Shown here: piece by piece, positions 39,461-52,779 of the stretch
Layout of the letters: the number at the start of each line of letters is the position of its first letter
Numbering within the stretch: the stretch's first letter is position 1
DNA from: Mobula hypostoma
Taxonomy: Eukaryota
Length of the DNA stretch: 64,000 nucleotides
Direction of reading: 5' to 3'
NCBI RefSeq assembly: GCF_963921235.1
Contig: NC_086119.1
Location: 16,988,001 to 17,052,000, forward strand
The notes under the pieces: model-generated
What the model was told of the DNA's origin: nothing
Databases searched by the model: none
The model's input: the letters and a program-made list of their open reading frames with translations, nothing else
Translations under genes and position numbers: made by a program

Positions 39461-40058
39461 GCCTTGTCAATGGCATTCCTCAAGAGCACATGCACTCGAT
39501 CCACCTATACTCACCTTTGTCCTACAGCACCAGTTGCCTTAACAGGGAGCTGTGCAAAATGCCTACGTTTTGCTCAGTGGAATTACCATGATCAACATCA
39601 GCATGTTCACTTCCAAGAAGTTCAACTGTGCTTGAGCTCTGCATACTGTGTGGAGTGAAATAACTTTCCATTCAGCCATCTTTCAGAATACCATCTATTA
39701 ATCACCTTCATCTTGAAGAATCCCAAGCTGAGAAGCTTAGTGCAGCTTAATGGGTAGGAGAGTCAATAGAGGGCATGGGTTTAAGATAAAAGGGGATAGA
39801 TTTATAGAGGACCTAAGGGGTAAGTTTTTCCATACAGAGGTCAGAGGCTATATTTAATGCACTGTAAATGCCAGCAGCATCACTTTGACCATTGGCATCT
39901 ACTGAAAACTCCAACTGTGGGGCTCAGGTTTTGTAAACTTCCAATAATGGGATATGCTGTCCAGGATTGGGATGAAGATATAGGCGAGGGGAAGAGGGCA
40001 GTGTTTTGGAAATTTCGGATTGGGCAGAATAGTGACAGTGAAAGAATGATTTGCACTA

Positions 40059-41290
40059 GCAACATGCACACAATGTTGGAGGAACTCAGCAGGTCAGGGA
40101 GCACCTATGGAAATGAACAAACAGTTGACATTACAGGCTGAGAACCTCCTTCAGGGTTGGAAAGGAGGGGGAAGAAGCCAGAATGAAAAGTAGGGGGGAG
40201 GGGAAAGAAGACTAACCAGCAGGTAATAGGTGAAGCCAGGTGAGTGAGAAAAGTAAAGGACTGGAGAAGAAGGAATCTGATAGGAGAGGAAAGTGGCCCA
40301 TGGGACAAAGGGAAGAAGGAGGGGCACCTGAGGGTGGTGATAGGCAAGAGAGGAGAAGAGGTAAGAGGTCAGAGTAAGGAATAGAAGAAGAATGAAGGGG
40401 GAGGGGGAAAATTACCTGAAAGAGAAATTGATATTCATACCATCAGTTTGTAGGCTACCTAGATAGAATATGAGATGTTACTCCTCCATCCTGAGAGTGG
40501 CCTCATTGTGACAAAAGAGGAGGCCATAGACCAACATGTTGGAGCGAGAATGGGTATAAGAATTAAAATGACTGGCCTCCAGGAAAGTCTGATTTTGGTG
40601 GATGGAGTGGAGGTGCTTGGTTGGGCCGCATCAGGAGCACTGGATACAATAGATGACCCTAACAGACTCATAGATGAAGTGTTGCCTCACCTGGAAGGAC
40701 TGTTTGGGGTCCTAAATGGAAGTAAGGGATGAGGTGAATGAGTAGGTGTAGCATTTGTCACTCGCAGGGATATGTGCCAGGAGGGAAGTTAGAAGGGAGG
40801 GACGAATGGACAAGGGGTCACAGAGGATGCAGTACCTGCAGAAGTGGAGGGGAGGGGTGAGGTACAGATGTATTTGGTAGTAGGATTCTATTAAAGATGG
40901 TGAGAATTACGTGTTGGATGCAGAAGCTCATGGGGGTGGTAGGTGAGGACGAGGAACTCTATTCCTGCTGAGGCAGCAGAAAGATGGGGTGAGTGCGGAT
41001 ATACGGGAAATGGAGGAGATGGCGACAGAGAGATTGAGGAAGTGGAGAGAGGATTCATAAATGGACCAAGTGAATTTACGGGCAGGGTGTAAGTTGGAGA
41101 CAAAGTTGATGAAATTGATGAGCTCATTATGGGTGCATGAAGCAGCACCAGGAAGAGTTGGGGAGCCTTACCAGGTTCTGGTAATTCTTTTGGAGCATTA
41201 ACCAACAAAAGATGGGGACCATTCCTCCTGCATTTTGTGTATGTTGCTCTGGATTTCCAGCATTTGCAGAATCTCTTGTGCTTATGATTT
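40059..41290 (-). mobile_element. Penelope-like element fragment with pLTR and inverted pLTR piece
   Basis: Minus remnants 'LVLTYHP' and 'RLSWRPV…MRPLSGWRSNISYS'; pLTR at 40059-40160; opposite-orientation pLTR piece at about 41225-41290. Confidence 0.7.
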
Positions 41291-41984
41291 ACATTGGCAT
41301 AGTGTTGGGTGGTTGGTTAAGATTAGGGAGGAATCAGAGCACAGAAGGTCAACAGCTTACGGATCAGATCTCTGTGATTTTGTGTTGAAGGCCAGTTTGG
41401 AAATTGGGAGGCAGTGGGGGCAGGTCATAGGGTGTATTGGCCAGTGACGTGTAGTAATGGTAGTAGGGAATGGGGGAGTGGTGCTTGTACCTGAAGGATG
41501 AAGTTAAGTAATTAACTTATTTGGTGACTATCCAGGTCTGATCCAGGTAAAGACTCGGTGACCCAGGAGGGCCCAAACACAAAAAGAAAAATAAACAACA
41601 TGGTCCAAGTTCACCTGCAATGTTCTGAAAGTACTACATGGGAAATGATGTTGTCCCCCGTATGCGGATGCACTCATCACAGTCAGAAACACAAGATTAT
41701 AAACGTGAGAGCACGATCTTGAGCCCGCTTTGCCGTTCAACAAGATCATGGCCAGTCATTCACTTCAAAACTTTTTAAAAGCCCTTGCCCCGATATTGCT
41801 TAATTCCATTGATATTCACTAATTTATGTTTCGAGATGACTCAACCATAGAGTGTCCACAGGCTTTTTGGTAAAGCGTTCCAAAGCTTCATCACCATATG
41901 AAGGAAAAAATGTATCTTCATTTCAGTCCTTAATGCCATACCCTTTTATTTTGAGACTGTGATCCCCAGTTCTAGACTATTTAC

Positions 41985-42245
41985 AGCTACTACAGCTCAG
42001 AGTTCAGAGTTCAATTCCGGCGCTGTTCTGTAAGGTGTTCCTGCATGTCCTCCCGGTGGATTGCATGGGCCTCCCCCCGCGATGTTCCGGTTTCCTTCCA
42101 CAGTCCAAAGACATACCGGGTGGGTTTATCGGTCATTGGTCATTGTCTGTGATTAGGTCAGGATTAATAGGGGTTGCTGGGGTGGTGTGGCTCGAAGGGC
42201 CAGAAGGGCCTACGCTGCATGGTATTGCTAAAATAAATCCAAAAA
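41985..42245 (+). mobile_element. V-SINE-like element nested in a CR1 3' fragment (about 41690-42700, minus)
   Basis: GAGTTCAATTCC B-box, TGTTCCGGTTTCCTTCCACAGTCCAAAGAC; CR1-like flanks on both sides. Confidence 0.65.
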
Positions 42246-44682
42246 AAATATTTAGCCAGGGAAGCGTCTTTCCTCTTTCCATCCTGTCAAATCCTCTAAG
42301 AATTTTGTATGTTTCAACGAGATCGATCTCATTGTAATAAACTCCAAAAATTAAAAAAGGTTCAAAGGTTCATTTTGTTATCCAAGAATACAGCGACTCG
42401 ATCATTCCTTGCATGAGACCCACCATTCCAGGAATCGGACTGCTGAATCTTCACTGTGATCCCTCTCTCCTTGTTGTAGGTAGGGTGGCCAAAATTATAC
42501 ATAACAGCCCTGTTGTAATCCCACTTGGCCCCAACATACCTGCAGTAACTTTACTCTTGTATTCAAATCCTCTTTGCCAAACAACCACTTGCTCTCCTTA
42601 TTACCTGCTGTATCTACACATTATTTTTAAAGGACTTGAGCATAAAGCCACTTTGGTCCCTTTGCTCACCAATATCTCACCATATAAAACATTATACAGA
42701 TTTCTACTTTTCCTAACAAAGTGGTACCAAATTCAGCAAACTTTTAGGCTTCATGTATGCTTTCCATCACAACTGTACATGATGCTGGTTGCAGATACTG
42801 GGGAAATAGAACAACTCATTATAATTTTATTATACCTTGAAATCATTGTCTCAAAAATAACTTGGCAGTGATGTTATTTTCAGGAACAAGACAGTGGTTT
42901 TGGCTTTTGAAGAGTAATTTTTATATCCATTGAGGGAATTGAACTCTCTCCATATTATATATAGTGCATGTTAATGATACCCAGGTCCTGTGTAAGGTCA
43001 CAGCATGGTTAAATGCAGCAGGAAGCTGTCATTAGTCTGCCATAATAGCTTGCTGATATCAGAACCGTGGCTCCTGCTGCACCTGTTTGACAAGCTTCCC
43101 TCTATTTTACCAGCCAGCAATGCAGTGGCTTGATACAGGGCCAAATTTGGAGTGGTTGATGCCATGGTCTTTGTCTGTGAGAATCTGCTTTGAGATTTTA
43201 CAAATTCATTTAAACAAAAACAAAACACTTGCAATCATGACAGAAAGGTGAAATTTAATTTAATTCAGATGGGATTGAAACAAACTAACATAGGAAAAAA
43301 CTAATTCTCATTCTTAAAATCAAGATTACTACGCAATCTTTTATAATGCATTAATATCACGTGGGTATTTATTTTCCGGCCTGCTCTTTTCATTCATATT
43401 TTACATAAATTTTATTTTCATTCAAGTCTGAAAGAATGATGGAGAAAGAAAAACATTTTATAAAATTTTTATTATAAACATCAAGCAATGATTAAGGCAT
43501 TAACTCAATGTGCAGGTTCTGATAAACCACATAAACCCTGCTAGATGATCAATAGCGCCATCAGATAGAATTACCGCCTTGTTTCATGCTTCTTGATAGC
43601 TGTTAAACCATTTATTACCGTTTGCTTATTTGCTGTGTCAAAATAACATTTTAATTTCAAAAGAAATTTTCACTCTGTATTTTAAAGCTATGATTAGATA
43701 ATCTGTTGTATTAACAGGTTATAATGATAGATTACAGAAATATTAGCTGTTGTATTATTCTTTGCAAGTGAAAATAAAAGAAGTTCGCCAGCTTTTGCGT
43801 GTTGGACTGTTCCTGTGAGCTTTGCAATCAATGAGGTTAATATGAAATGTTGTCATGGTTATGGTGCAGGAATGGTCCTTTACACAGCAAGCTCCCACAA
43901 ACAGCAAAGTAATAACCAAATAATCTGTTATGGCAATTTTAGATGAAGGATAACTCTTTAGATCATAAGACATCAGAGCAAAATTAGGCCATTTGGCCCA
44001 TTGAGTCTATTCTACCACTCCATCATGCCGCTTTGTTATCTCTCTCACCCCATTCTCCTGCCTTCTTCCCACAACTGCTGACACCCTGATTAATCAAGAA
44101 CCTATCAAACTCCATTCTAAATATGTTGGGACATCAGAGAGGATTTTTATTTCTCTCTAGATAGTGCCAGAAGACTCTTTTTATGACTCTGGGGGAGCAG
44201 CTGTTGGATAATTTGCCAAACAATGGCAGTTTAGTGGTTTTCCTAGAAGTAGGTGACTAGAACCCAATTAATAGCCCTTTGTCTCATCTGTCTTCACACG
44301 ACCCATTAAGTTCCTGAATGCCTCATGGCCATGTCACACTTACTGTATCCCAAAATTGAACAAATATACTGTAGATACGTGAACGTACATGTTGACGAAA
44401 CAGTCGTTCTCGATACAAATATTATGGTTTGTTTCCCAGACCGCATGTGTAGGAATTTGCTACACTACATTGCAGGAGTTCTGGAGAAGACCTTTGTCTG
44501 CCCAGCGGCACCTTGAGATTACAAAGCCCATCGCTGCTTGCAAAGTATTAGAAAATAGTCCAAAGTTCTATGATACATTGCATGGGACTAGTAAAGATTT
44601 ATATCAGGGTGAGGTATAATTGGCTATACCACAAATAATATGGTTGAGTTGGAAGATCCCTGAAGAGGCTGGCTCCTGCTTG

Positions 44683-45000
44683 CAGGCCATCCCCAGTTTA
44701 CAAGCACCCAACTTATGAGCTTATTCGTAAATATAAATGAGCTCCCATATTACTAAATATTAAAAAGTCCAATCTGCAAACATATGTTCTTTTCTGCAAA
44801 TGGAAGGACTAGTTTAACCTCTCTCTTACTGTTTTATAATTGTTCTTTCCTTATCAGCCTTGAGTGCTTTTGATGTCATGCATTACAATGCTTCAGAGAT
44901 ATAGTTACCATATCGTGCGTGTATTTTATGACTCATAGACAAAGGAGCATGTTTACAGCACATCTGTGAAAATGCAACCCATTCAGTACCCGGGCTGTAT
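44683..45000. mobile_element. Decayed Tigger/pogo-like MITE
   Basis: CAGGCCATCCCCAGTTTACAAGCACCCAACTTA start and …GTACCCGGGCTGTA end resemble Tigger TIRs. Confidence 0.4.
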
Positions 45001-45499
45001 ATAGTTGGTATCTGTTAACTATAAGTTCTGTTAACTTTGACTGTGTTCCTTTTCCCACCACCACCCCGCCCCCAGCAAATAACAAAGCAAGCAACTGTTT
45101 TAAAAAGGGAACGATGCTCAGTGAATCTCGAAGGCTGGAACGTGTTGAGGTGAAGGATGATACAGCGTTTCTCAACCTTCTTTCAAATATTATTATGATA
45201 ATACACAGGGGCAGTGATGGAGGTTACAATGGAAGTGATGCTGGGAATTAAAATATTGACTGTAAATTAAGACTCACCCTTATGGAGTGAATGTTGACGA
45301 TCTGTTACAAACTCACCCAATTTGTTCTTAGTTGCCCTACATTAAATGAGACCTCATAGTAGGCAACCATTACGGTCTTCTAAGTGGGCTACGTACAAAT
45401 TAACAATTCACTACAGGCTGGTTTAGTCACCCATGGTAACAAAAAGACAGATGATAAAAAAATGTGCTTGAGTGGGAAGGTTCAGTAAGAAGTAGAGGG

Positions 45500-46640
45500 T
45501 GTGTCATGGTGAGACAAACTTCTATAGATTTTGACTTCTATAGAGTTTGAAAAACTTCGATAGACGCACAGAGGAGGGTATCATCATGACCTGGCATGGA
45601 AACACCAATGGCCAGGAATGGAAATATTTATAAAAGGTGGTGGATATATCCAGTCCATCACAAGTGAAGCTCTTTCCACTGTTGAGTACATTTACATAGG
45701 GGTCTGCCACAAGAAAGCAGCATCCGTCATCAAAGACACCCCATCATCCAGGCTAGACCTCTTCTTGCTTTTACCATCGGGTAGGAGGTACAGAAGCCTC
45801 AGGTTCCACAGGTTCAAGAACAGATATTACCTTACAACAATCAAACTCCTGAACCGCTGAGGATAACTTCACTTACCATCACAACTCTGAACTGAGTCTA
45901 TGGCCTAGGCTCACTTTTAAGGACTTTTTAAAAGTCATGTTCTCAGTATTATTTTTATCTGCACAGTTTGTCTTCTTTTGCATATTGGTGTTTGTCAGTC
46001 TTTGTTGATGTATAGTTTTTCATAAAATTCTACTGTACTTTTTTTTCTTGTAAACTTCTTCAAGGAAGTGAATCTCAAGCTAATATATTGTAACATATAC
46101 AATTAATGGCCACTTTATTAGGTACACCTGCTTGTTAATGCAAATATTTAATCAGCCAAACATATGGCAGCAACTCAACACATAAAAGCATGTGGACATG
46201 GTCAAGAGGTTCAGTTCTTGTTCAGACTAAACATCAGAACGGGGAAGAAATATGATCTAAGTGACTTTGATTGTGGAATGATTGTTAGTGCCAGACAGGG
46301 TGGTTTAAGAATCTCAGAGACTGATCTTCGGGATTTTCACACACAACAGTCTCTAGAATTTACAGAGAAATCAAAAAACATCCAGTTCTGTGGGTGAAAG
46401 CACCTTGTTAATGAGAGGCCAGAGGAGAATGGCCAGACTGGTTCAAGCTGACAAGAAGGTGATAGTAACTTAACTATCCACGTTACAACATTGGTGTGGA
46501 GGAGAGCATCACTGAATGCACAACATGTCAAACCTTAAAGTGGATGGGCTACAGCAGCAGAAGACCATGAACACACACTCACCGGCCACTTTATTAGCTT
46601 CAGGAGGTACCTTGATATTAAATTTCCTTGGAACTTTGAA
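45500..46640 (+). mobile_element. Rex-Babar-like LINE 3' end, tail interrupted by a Tc1 fragment
   Basis: 'LLLPSGRRYRSLRFHRFKNRYY'; tail resumes after about 46611. Confidence 0.75.
46100..46611 (+). mobile_element. Tc1-like transposon 5' fragment
   Basis: TIR-like GGCCACTTTATTAGGTACACC; transposase N-terminal HTH remnant 'GKKYDLSDFDCGMIVSARQGGLRISET'; second TIR copy at about 46576. Confidence 0.8.
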
Positions 46641-46819
46641 TGTTGGTGTGTGATTATGATGTGTGGTGTTATGATTATGTGTGAGATGATATTAGGGTTA
46701 ACTTCATGTTGTGAAGGGAACAGTACCATCAGAATGTTGAGAGGCAAGGAAAAAATCTGGTTGGCGATAGCTTGGAGGTGGTGGAAAAGGTGAAAAATGA
46801 TCCGTTGAATGTCAGAGTC

Positions 46820-47360
46820 TAAGCTGAGTTTCTTGTCACGTATGCACAGGTGCAATGCAAAACTTACTTGCAGCAACATCACAGGCTGATAGCACAAGAG
46901 ACAAACATTCAGAAGAAAAACATAAATTTACAGGAAAGAACACAATTAGAACCAAAAATAAACACAAATCCCATTGTAATACAAACTGGTCAAAGTGGTA
47001 CTATACTGAAGTAGTGATTGGGTTTGTTAAAGCTGGTTCAAGGACTGAATAATTGAAGGGAAGTTAAAAACGCAAACACGGGGAAATCTGCAGGTGCTGG
47101 AAATTCAAGCAACACACATAAGAAATGCTGGTGAATACAGCAGGGATGCTGCCTGGCCTGCTGCGTTCACCAGCATTTTTTTTATTTGTGTTAACTGAAG
47201 GGGAAGTAGCTGTTTTTGAAACTGGTGGTGAGGGACCTCAGACTTCTGTAACTTCTGCTTGCTGATAGCTGACGGATGGCAAGGCCGTCGATAATAGGGA
47301 TCGTTGATGATAGATGTTGGCGTCTTAAGGCATGCCTCATGTTGATGCTTCTGATGGTGG
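46820..47360 (-). mobile_element. Rex-Babar-like LINE 3' fragment with a fold-back pLTR insert (47065-47195)
   Basis: LINE 3' motifs; insert flanked by near-duplicate TGAAGGG(G)AAGT. Confidence 0.65.
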
Positions 47361-47521
47361 GAGGGATGTGTCCTGACGTGGGCTGAGTGGGTCAGAGTGA
47401 GTGGGTGGGGAAATTCTAGTGAGGAAGAAAATGTTGAAGGGAAAAGTGTAGCAAACGGTCTGGACATGTTTGAGGGTCCTTTGACCATGGTGAGGGAATG
47501 GTGAATAGAATCGTATAGGGA

Positions 47522-48066
47522 ATAGTCATACTTTATTGATCCCAGGGGAAATTGGTTTTCCTTACAGTCGCACCATAAATAATTAAATAGTAATAAAACC
47601 ATAAATAATTAAATAGTAATATGTAAATTATGCCAGAAAATAAGTCCAGGACCAGCCTATTGGCTCAGGGTGTCTGACCCTCCAAGGGAGGAGTTGTAAA
47701 GTTTGATGGCCACAGGCAGGAATGACTTCCTATGACGCTCTGTGTTGCATCTCGGTGGAATGAGTCTCTGGCTGAATGTACTCCTGTGCCCAACCAGTAC
47801 ATTATGTAGTGGATGGGAGACATTGTCCAAGTTGGCATGCAACTTGGACAGCATCCTCTTTTCAGACACCACCGTCAGAGAGTGCAGTTCCATCCCCACA
47901 ACATCCCTGGCCTTACGAATGAGTTTGTTGATTCTGTTGGTCTCTGTTACCCTCAGCCTGCTGCCCCAGCACACAACAGCAAACATGATCACACTAGCCA
48001 CCACAGACTCGTAGAACATCCTCAGCATCGACCGGCAGATGTTAAAGGACCTCAGTCTCCTCAGAA
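47522..48066 (-). mobile_element. Young Rex1-like LINE 3' fragment
   Basis: Uninterrupted ORF 'MLRMFYESVVASVIMFAVVCWG…HPLH…RCNTERHRKSFLPVAIKLYN'; TATGAC-type tail. Confidence 0.88.
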
Positions 48067-48914
48067 ATGGGGGAGGTCATGGTTGTTTCCACTGTTTGAA
48101 GCACCTACGTGCCTGGGAAGTATCTCCAACTGTAGCAGTTTCAGATCCACGGTTTACTGTGTTGCATCATGAGGCTGAGAACATTGTGAACAGCACATTC
48201 AGGGAGCAAAGAACAAAGTACTGGAACGGCTCAGCAGGTTCAACAGGAACAGAGGGAGAGTCAACATTCTGGGTTGAGACAATACTTCAGGACTTGTAGA
48301 GTCTCAACTTACGCAGAGATTGGAGAGATTAAATTTCTTGTGATAAAGTGGATGGTGAATTTATGGAATGTATACAAGATTCTTTTCCAGAGCAATATGT
48401 TAAAGAATCAATAAGGAAAAAGTCTATTTTAGACCTTGTTCTGTAAATAAGAAAGGGTTAATTAATAACCTTGTCATTGAAGGGTCTTTGGGGAAGAGTT
48501 CAATGCACAACTAAAGTCTTATACAAAGACTTTACCAAACTCCATACATAGACTTGGGAGCCATCTAGCTAAACAGAAGCCTACAAAAGAAAGGGCTTAC
48601 ATTAAACATCTTGATCAGCCTGCCCCTATCTCCCCAACAAGGAGCCTCTCCCTGCTTCCAATGTCTCAGCAAAGCCTTTGAGTAGCACCAAGTTCCTAGT
48701 CTAAGAGCGGTGATGACCTTCGCTCTCCTATATGCTTTGTAGAGATCACCAAGATTCACTGATAGCTGAGGGAATACCTGCTGTACTCTCCTAGGCTGAT
48801 ACTCCCAGCTTTAAGATGACCCACATGCCCAAACCAGATTCCCCATGACTATTCCCAAACCAACATTCCCATTAGGCCCATTTCCCTGTAACTCTGAAAA
48901 TTGTTCTGCCTCAC

Positions 48915-49580
48915 ATTCAAAGTTCAAAGGAAATTTATTATCAAGGTACAGATCTGTTACTATATACGTACTACCTGGAGATTCAAGGTGGGGGGGGGGC
49001 AAAAGAAATGCAAAAAGATTTTTAGGAAAAAAAGCATAAACGGACAAAGGTTGACAAACAACAAATGTGCAAAACAAGACAAACTATAAATAAAAATAAG
49101 ACTGAGGGCATGAGTTGTAAAGAGTCTGTTTATCAAATTAGTTTAGAGTGAGTGAAGTTCTCCACACTGGTTCAGGAGCCTGACGGTTTTTGGGTAATAA
49201 CTGTTCCTGAACCTGCTGGTGTGGGCCCCCCTAAGGCTCCAGTACCTCCTGCCCGATGGCAGTAGTGAGAAGAGGGGAAGGGCTGGGTTGCGGGGGCTTC
49301 GATGATGGATGCTGCTTTCTTATGACAGTGCTCCTAGTAAATTTACTCAACGGTGGGGAGGGCTCCGACTGTGATGGACTGGCCTGTATCCACCACTCTG
49401 TAGCTTTTTTTCATTTCTGGGCATTGGTATTTCCATACCAGGCCACCATGCAACCAATTAGGATGCTCTCCATTTGCAACTACCAAAGTTTGTCAAAGTT
49501 TTTGGAGACATGCCAAATCTATGCCAACCTCTGCAAAAGAAGAGGTGCTGTTGTACCTTTTTTTTTGTGATAACACTTGT
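48915..49580 (-). mobile_element. Rex-Babar-like LINE 3' end
   Basis: Minus CCATCGGGCAGGAGGTAC motif and the shared tail. Confidence 0.7.
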
Positions 49581-49959
49581 ATGCCATCACATGCAGGGGA
49601 AGCAAATTGGCAATTTCAGATGACGTACCTCATGCTTGCCAACTATTTGATTTCTTAGCCACTTTACTGCTCAAGGACAATTAATCTACCACCACATCTT
49701 TGTGACGTAGATGGAAAGTGGAAAAAGCAGCAGGAACAGGGAGAATGTGTAAAGTCCTGAAGCCAGCACGTGATCAGGATCACACCTACACAACCCTAAC
49801 CTCCCCTTTCCCCGGTACATTTTTTATTTCCAATTCCAAGCCAAGTGACCTGAAACTCAATTCTGTTTCTCTTTCCACAGGTGCTGCCAGACTTGCTGAG
49901 TGTTTCCATCACTGTTTTTGTTATCGAAATAAGTGTCTTTCTCAAAGAGTAAGTTGAAA

Positions 49960-50644
49960 AGTTAATTTCTCTGTGTGCGTTTGAGGCTGACGTGTGGGGT
50001 GCAGCGGCGATAGTATTGTGAATCTATTTCTCCCCACGAGTTTCTCGGGCAGTTTGCAACATTGGCGAGTTTTGAATGTTATTAACCTCGCTCTGGAGGG
50101 CAGAAGCTGCCGTTTTGGACGGTTTCCGCTTGTTGGAAACACATCTAGCAGCTGCCATTGGCAACGCGGTCACATCATCCATCTCTGCAGGGTAGCCACA
50201 CAGATGATGTGCTATTGCTACATCTGCAAACATTCGTGCCACCCCACTAAACGTAAATCTAGCTATGCAACCAGTGACCCCCCCGCATTTCACGCAACGG
50301 CGTGGAGCGGGTCGCCGGCTGCCGGCTGCGGTCGAGCCTGTTGCGATCCCGACGAGTGAAATTTGGGAACAAGTTTTCCCGATCGCGCTGCATTGTGGGA
50401 GGAAATAAAATGCAGGGATAAACGGGCAAGGGGAAAATGCACGGGTCGCGAAGACGGGCCGCTCGCAGCCAATGGAGCGGACGCGCAGCTCAGCCATTGC
50501 GGAGGGACGGGGCGGTATTTCAAGAAGACACGGAAGGGGCGGGGTGTCACTAAACAGCAGATTGCATCGCGGAGAAAGCGGCTACGAGGGAATTAAAAAA
50601 AAGCATAGCTTCACTGGAGAGATTGGCAGTTCAGTACCGGGAAG
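49960..50644 (+). promoter_or_regulatory. DYNLL2: DYNLL2 CpG promoter and non-coding first exon (donor after 50644)
   Basis: CpG-rich; CCAAT 50469-50473; GC boxes 50509-50515 and 50536-50544; X-box-like 50151-50165; donor AAG|GTGAGA. Confidence 0.7.
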
Positions 50645-51901
50645 GTGAGATCATCTCCCGCAAGGCATGTATCTCTGTGTGTGTGGTTATTTTCCTATTG
50701 TTTGCTTTAATTCCTAGCGTTTTTCTAGTTACATTCTATCTAGTTACATTTTTTCCCTGTAAGTTACCTTAAAATGACCTCCGTTAAAAGATCCAGCGTT
50801 TTGTAAAATGCTGGTGCCAGTACACCTATTTGCTGCAGCCTATTTTTTTTTTAAAACATATTAGTCCAGGAGGATACTGGTAGAAATTGCATATTTTTTT
50901 ATTAGGACGTATTGCAAGCCCATTATGTGTTAATTACAAGGGAAGCGTGTTCATTGCGTTCACTTGTATTACGTGAGTCTGTAGCGAGTACTTTGCCTTA
51001 ACGGGGAGGGTTATGCTTGCTGAATTCATTAGAACAAATCTACAATACGACGGTGGAAAAAAAAACCTGCCTGCGAATAAAGTTTAAATTCTAGTGGGTG
51101 TTTTATTTTTGGAAGAATAAGATTAAAATGGGGGAGGGGACCGTTTTGGTCCTCTGCAGAAATCTGAGGACTCCACCTTCAAATCCAACAGACCAATCTC
51201 TAAGGAATTCTGTCAGCGTTTGATCGAACGTGCACCTTTTGAGCTATCGATGACCCTTCACGGGAGAGTCAAGTCTGGTCCCAATGCTAAAATTTAATGC
51301 AGTACCTATTTTAAAAAAATATATCTTTCCTCATCTTAGTCCCTTTTTTTGGCCGTTTGTACATCAAGTGCTAAACCTGTGTATAATTTATTTATCGCTA
51401 ATAAAATCTGGATTGGGGTGCGACAGTGGCTTTGAACGTATTGTATCCTCAGTTTTTGTGACCCGTGTAATATTTTTACTTCGTTGGACTTAAAATGTGA
51501 AAGCTTTTTAGAAGCCCGAGATATCCCCTTGCGTGCCATTGTCAGCCTCTTGTGTTTGCAAATGGAGGTAGACTCGTTTTGTCCTGCGTGAATGATGGGC
51601 TTTGGGACTGGGGTGTGTGTGTGCGCGCCGTAATCTTCTGCTCTGGATGAATGCAGGGTGCGTTTGCCTTCTCTGAATCTCGCCGCAGGAAGTTTGAACA
51701 ACGGGTCCTCGTCAGTTCAATCAAGGGTTAAATGTAGAACTTCAGTAATCAAATCGGTCTTATTTAGCCAGTTATTTTTTTAAGAAGAACTATCACGGCA
51801 TCAGCAGTACCGTACCGCGAGTGTTCTCTTTACCCTTGAGTTAGAAGCACGTTGTTGAGTCGCCGTGTCTTTCTCCCCCCCCCCCCCCAAACGCAGGCAC
51901 G

Positions 51902-52033
51902 ATGTCCGATAGAAAAGCTGTGATTAAAAATGCTGACATGTCTGAAGATATGCAGCAGGATGCGGTGGACTGTGCAACTCAGGCGATGGAGAAATACAAC
52001 ATCGAAAAGGACATCGCTGCCTTCATCAAAAAG
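51902..52033 (+). CDS. DYNLL2: Dynein light chain LC8-type 2, coding exon 1
   Basis: Acceptor GCAG| at 51896; [44 protein letters not shown] (S2, D16, A21, D23 and M29 are DYNLL2-type); donor AAG|GTAAAT. Confidence 0.97.
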
Positions 52034-52779
52034 GTAAATTCTCTTTAAGTGGCGTTTGAACAGTACACGGGCTGCTGCAAATGGTCGAAGTGTGGAAGGC
52101 CACCGTTACCCATAGGGTTAATCCTCACTAAGATGTCATCGGAGATCACTATAGACTGACGCCTGGTGCTTCATTGCGCCTATCTTGGTGCCCCTTGGAC
52201 CACATACACTCAACAGTTGGCACCTTGGAGACCGAGGTCAGATTCCCTAGGAAATCTTCAAAGAAAAATTAGTGTGAGTCCAGCTTGTTCCAGTGTACAG
52301 TGATGTAACTTGAGTTTTTGCAGATGCCTAGTAAATACTGTAACTATTGCAGCCCCATCCAGCGTCAGGCAATAGTTTCAAGGTCCAAAGTGGATATTGG
52401 CACCAAGGTACAAATGATTCACAACTGGAATCGTTGCCAGCAGAAATTGTTGAAAGCACAGTGCTCTCTAGGAATGCTGATGCAACTCGTTTTGGATTTA
52501 CAACTTCTCCTTGGAAGTTTGTAGTGATATATGATGGGAGAAGCAGACTAAAAATGTCTAGAATTTTAAGTAGCCAGTGCTTTAACATGCCATACCTGCG
52601 ATAGGAAAGAGAGGAGAGGGGCTGGGGAACGTCTTATTTGCCAGTAACTGTTCTGGTATCTCTCGAGCTGTGGGCTCATACAATGTGGGAGTGGCTCCTT
52701 TGGCCCACCCTGTCTAATGGCCTTCATATCCTAGCCCACAGTCTGTCCAGGTGCCACAGTCGACTGCAGGCACTGCAAT

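Noticed and set aside
49994-50596. ORFs of 121 and 157 aa at the DYNLL2 promoter
   Set aside because: CpG-island shadow ORFs without homology or splice support.
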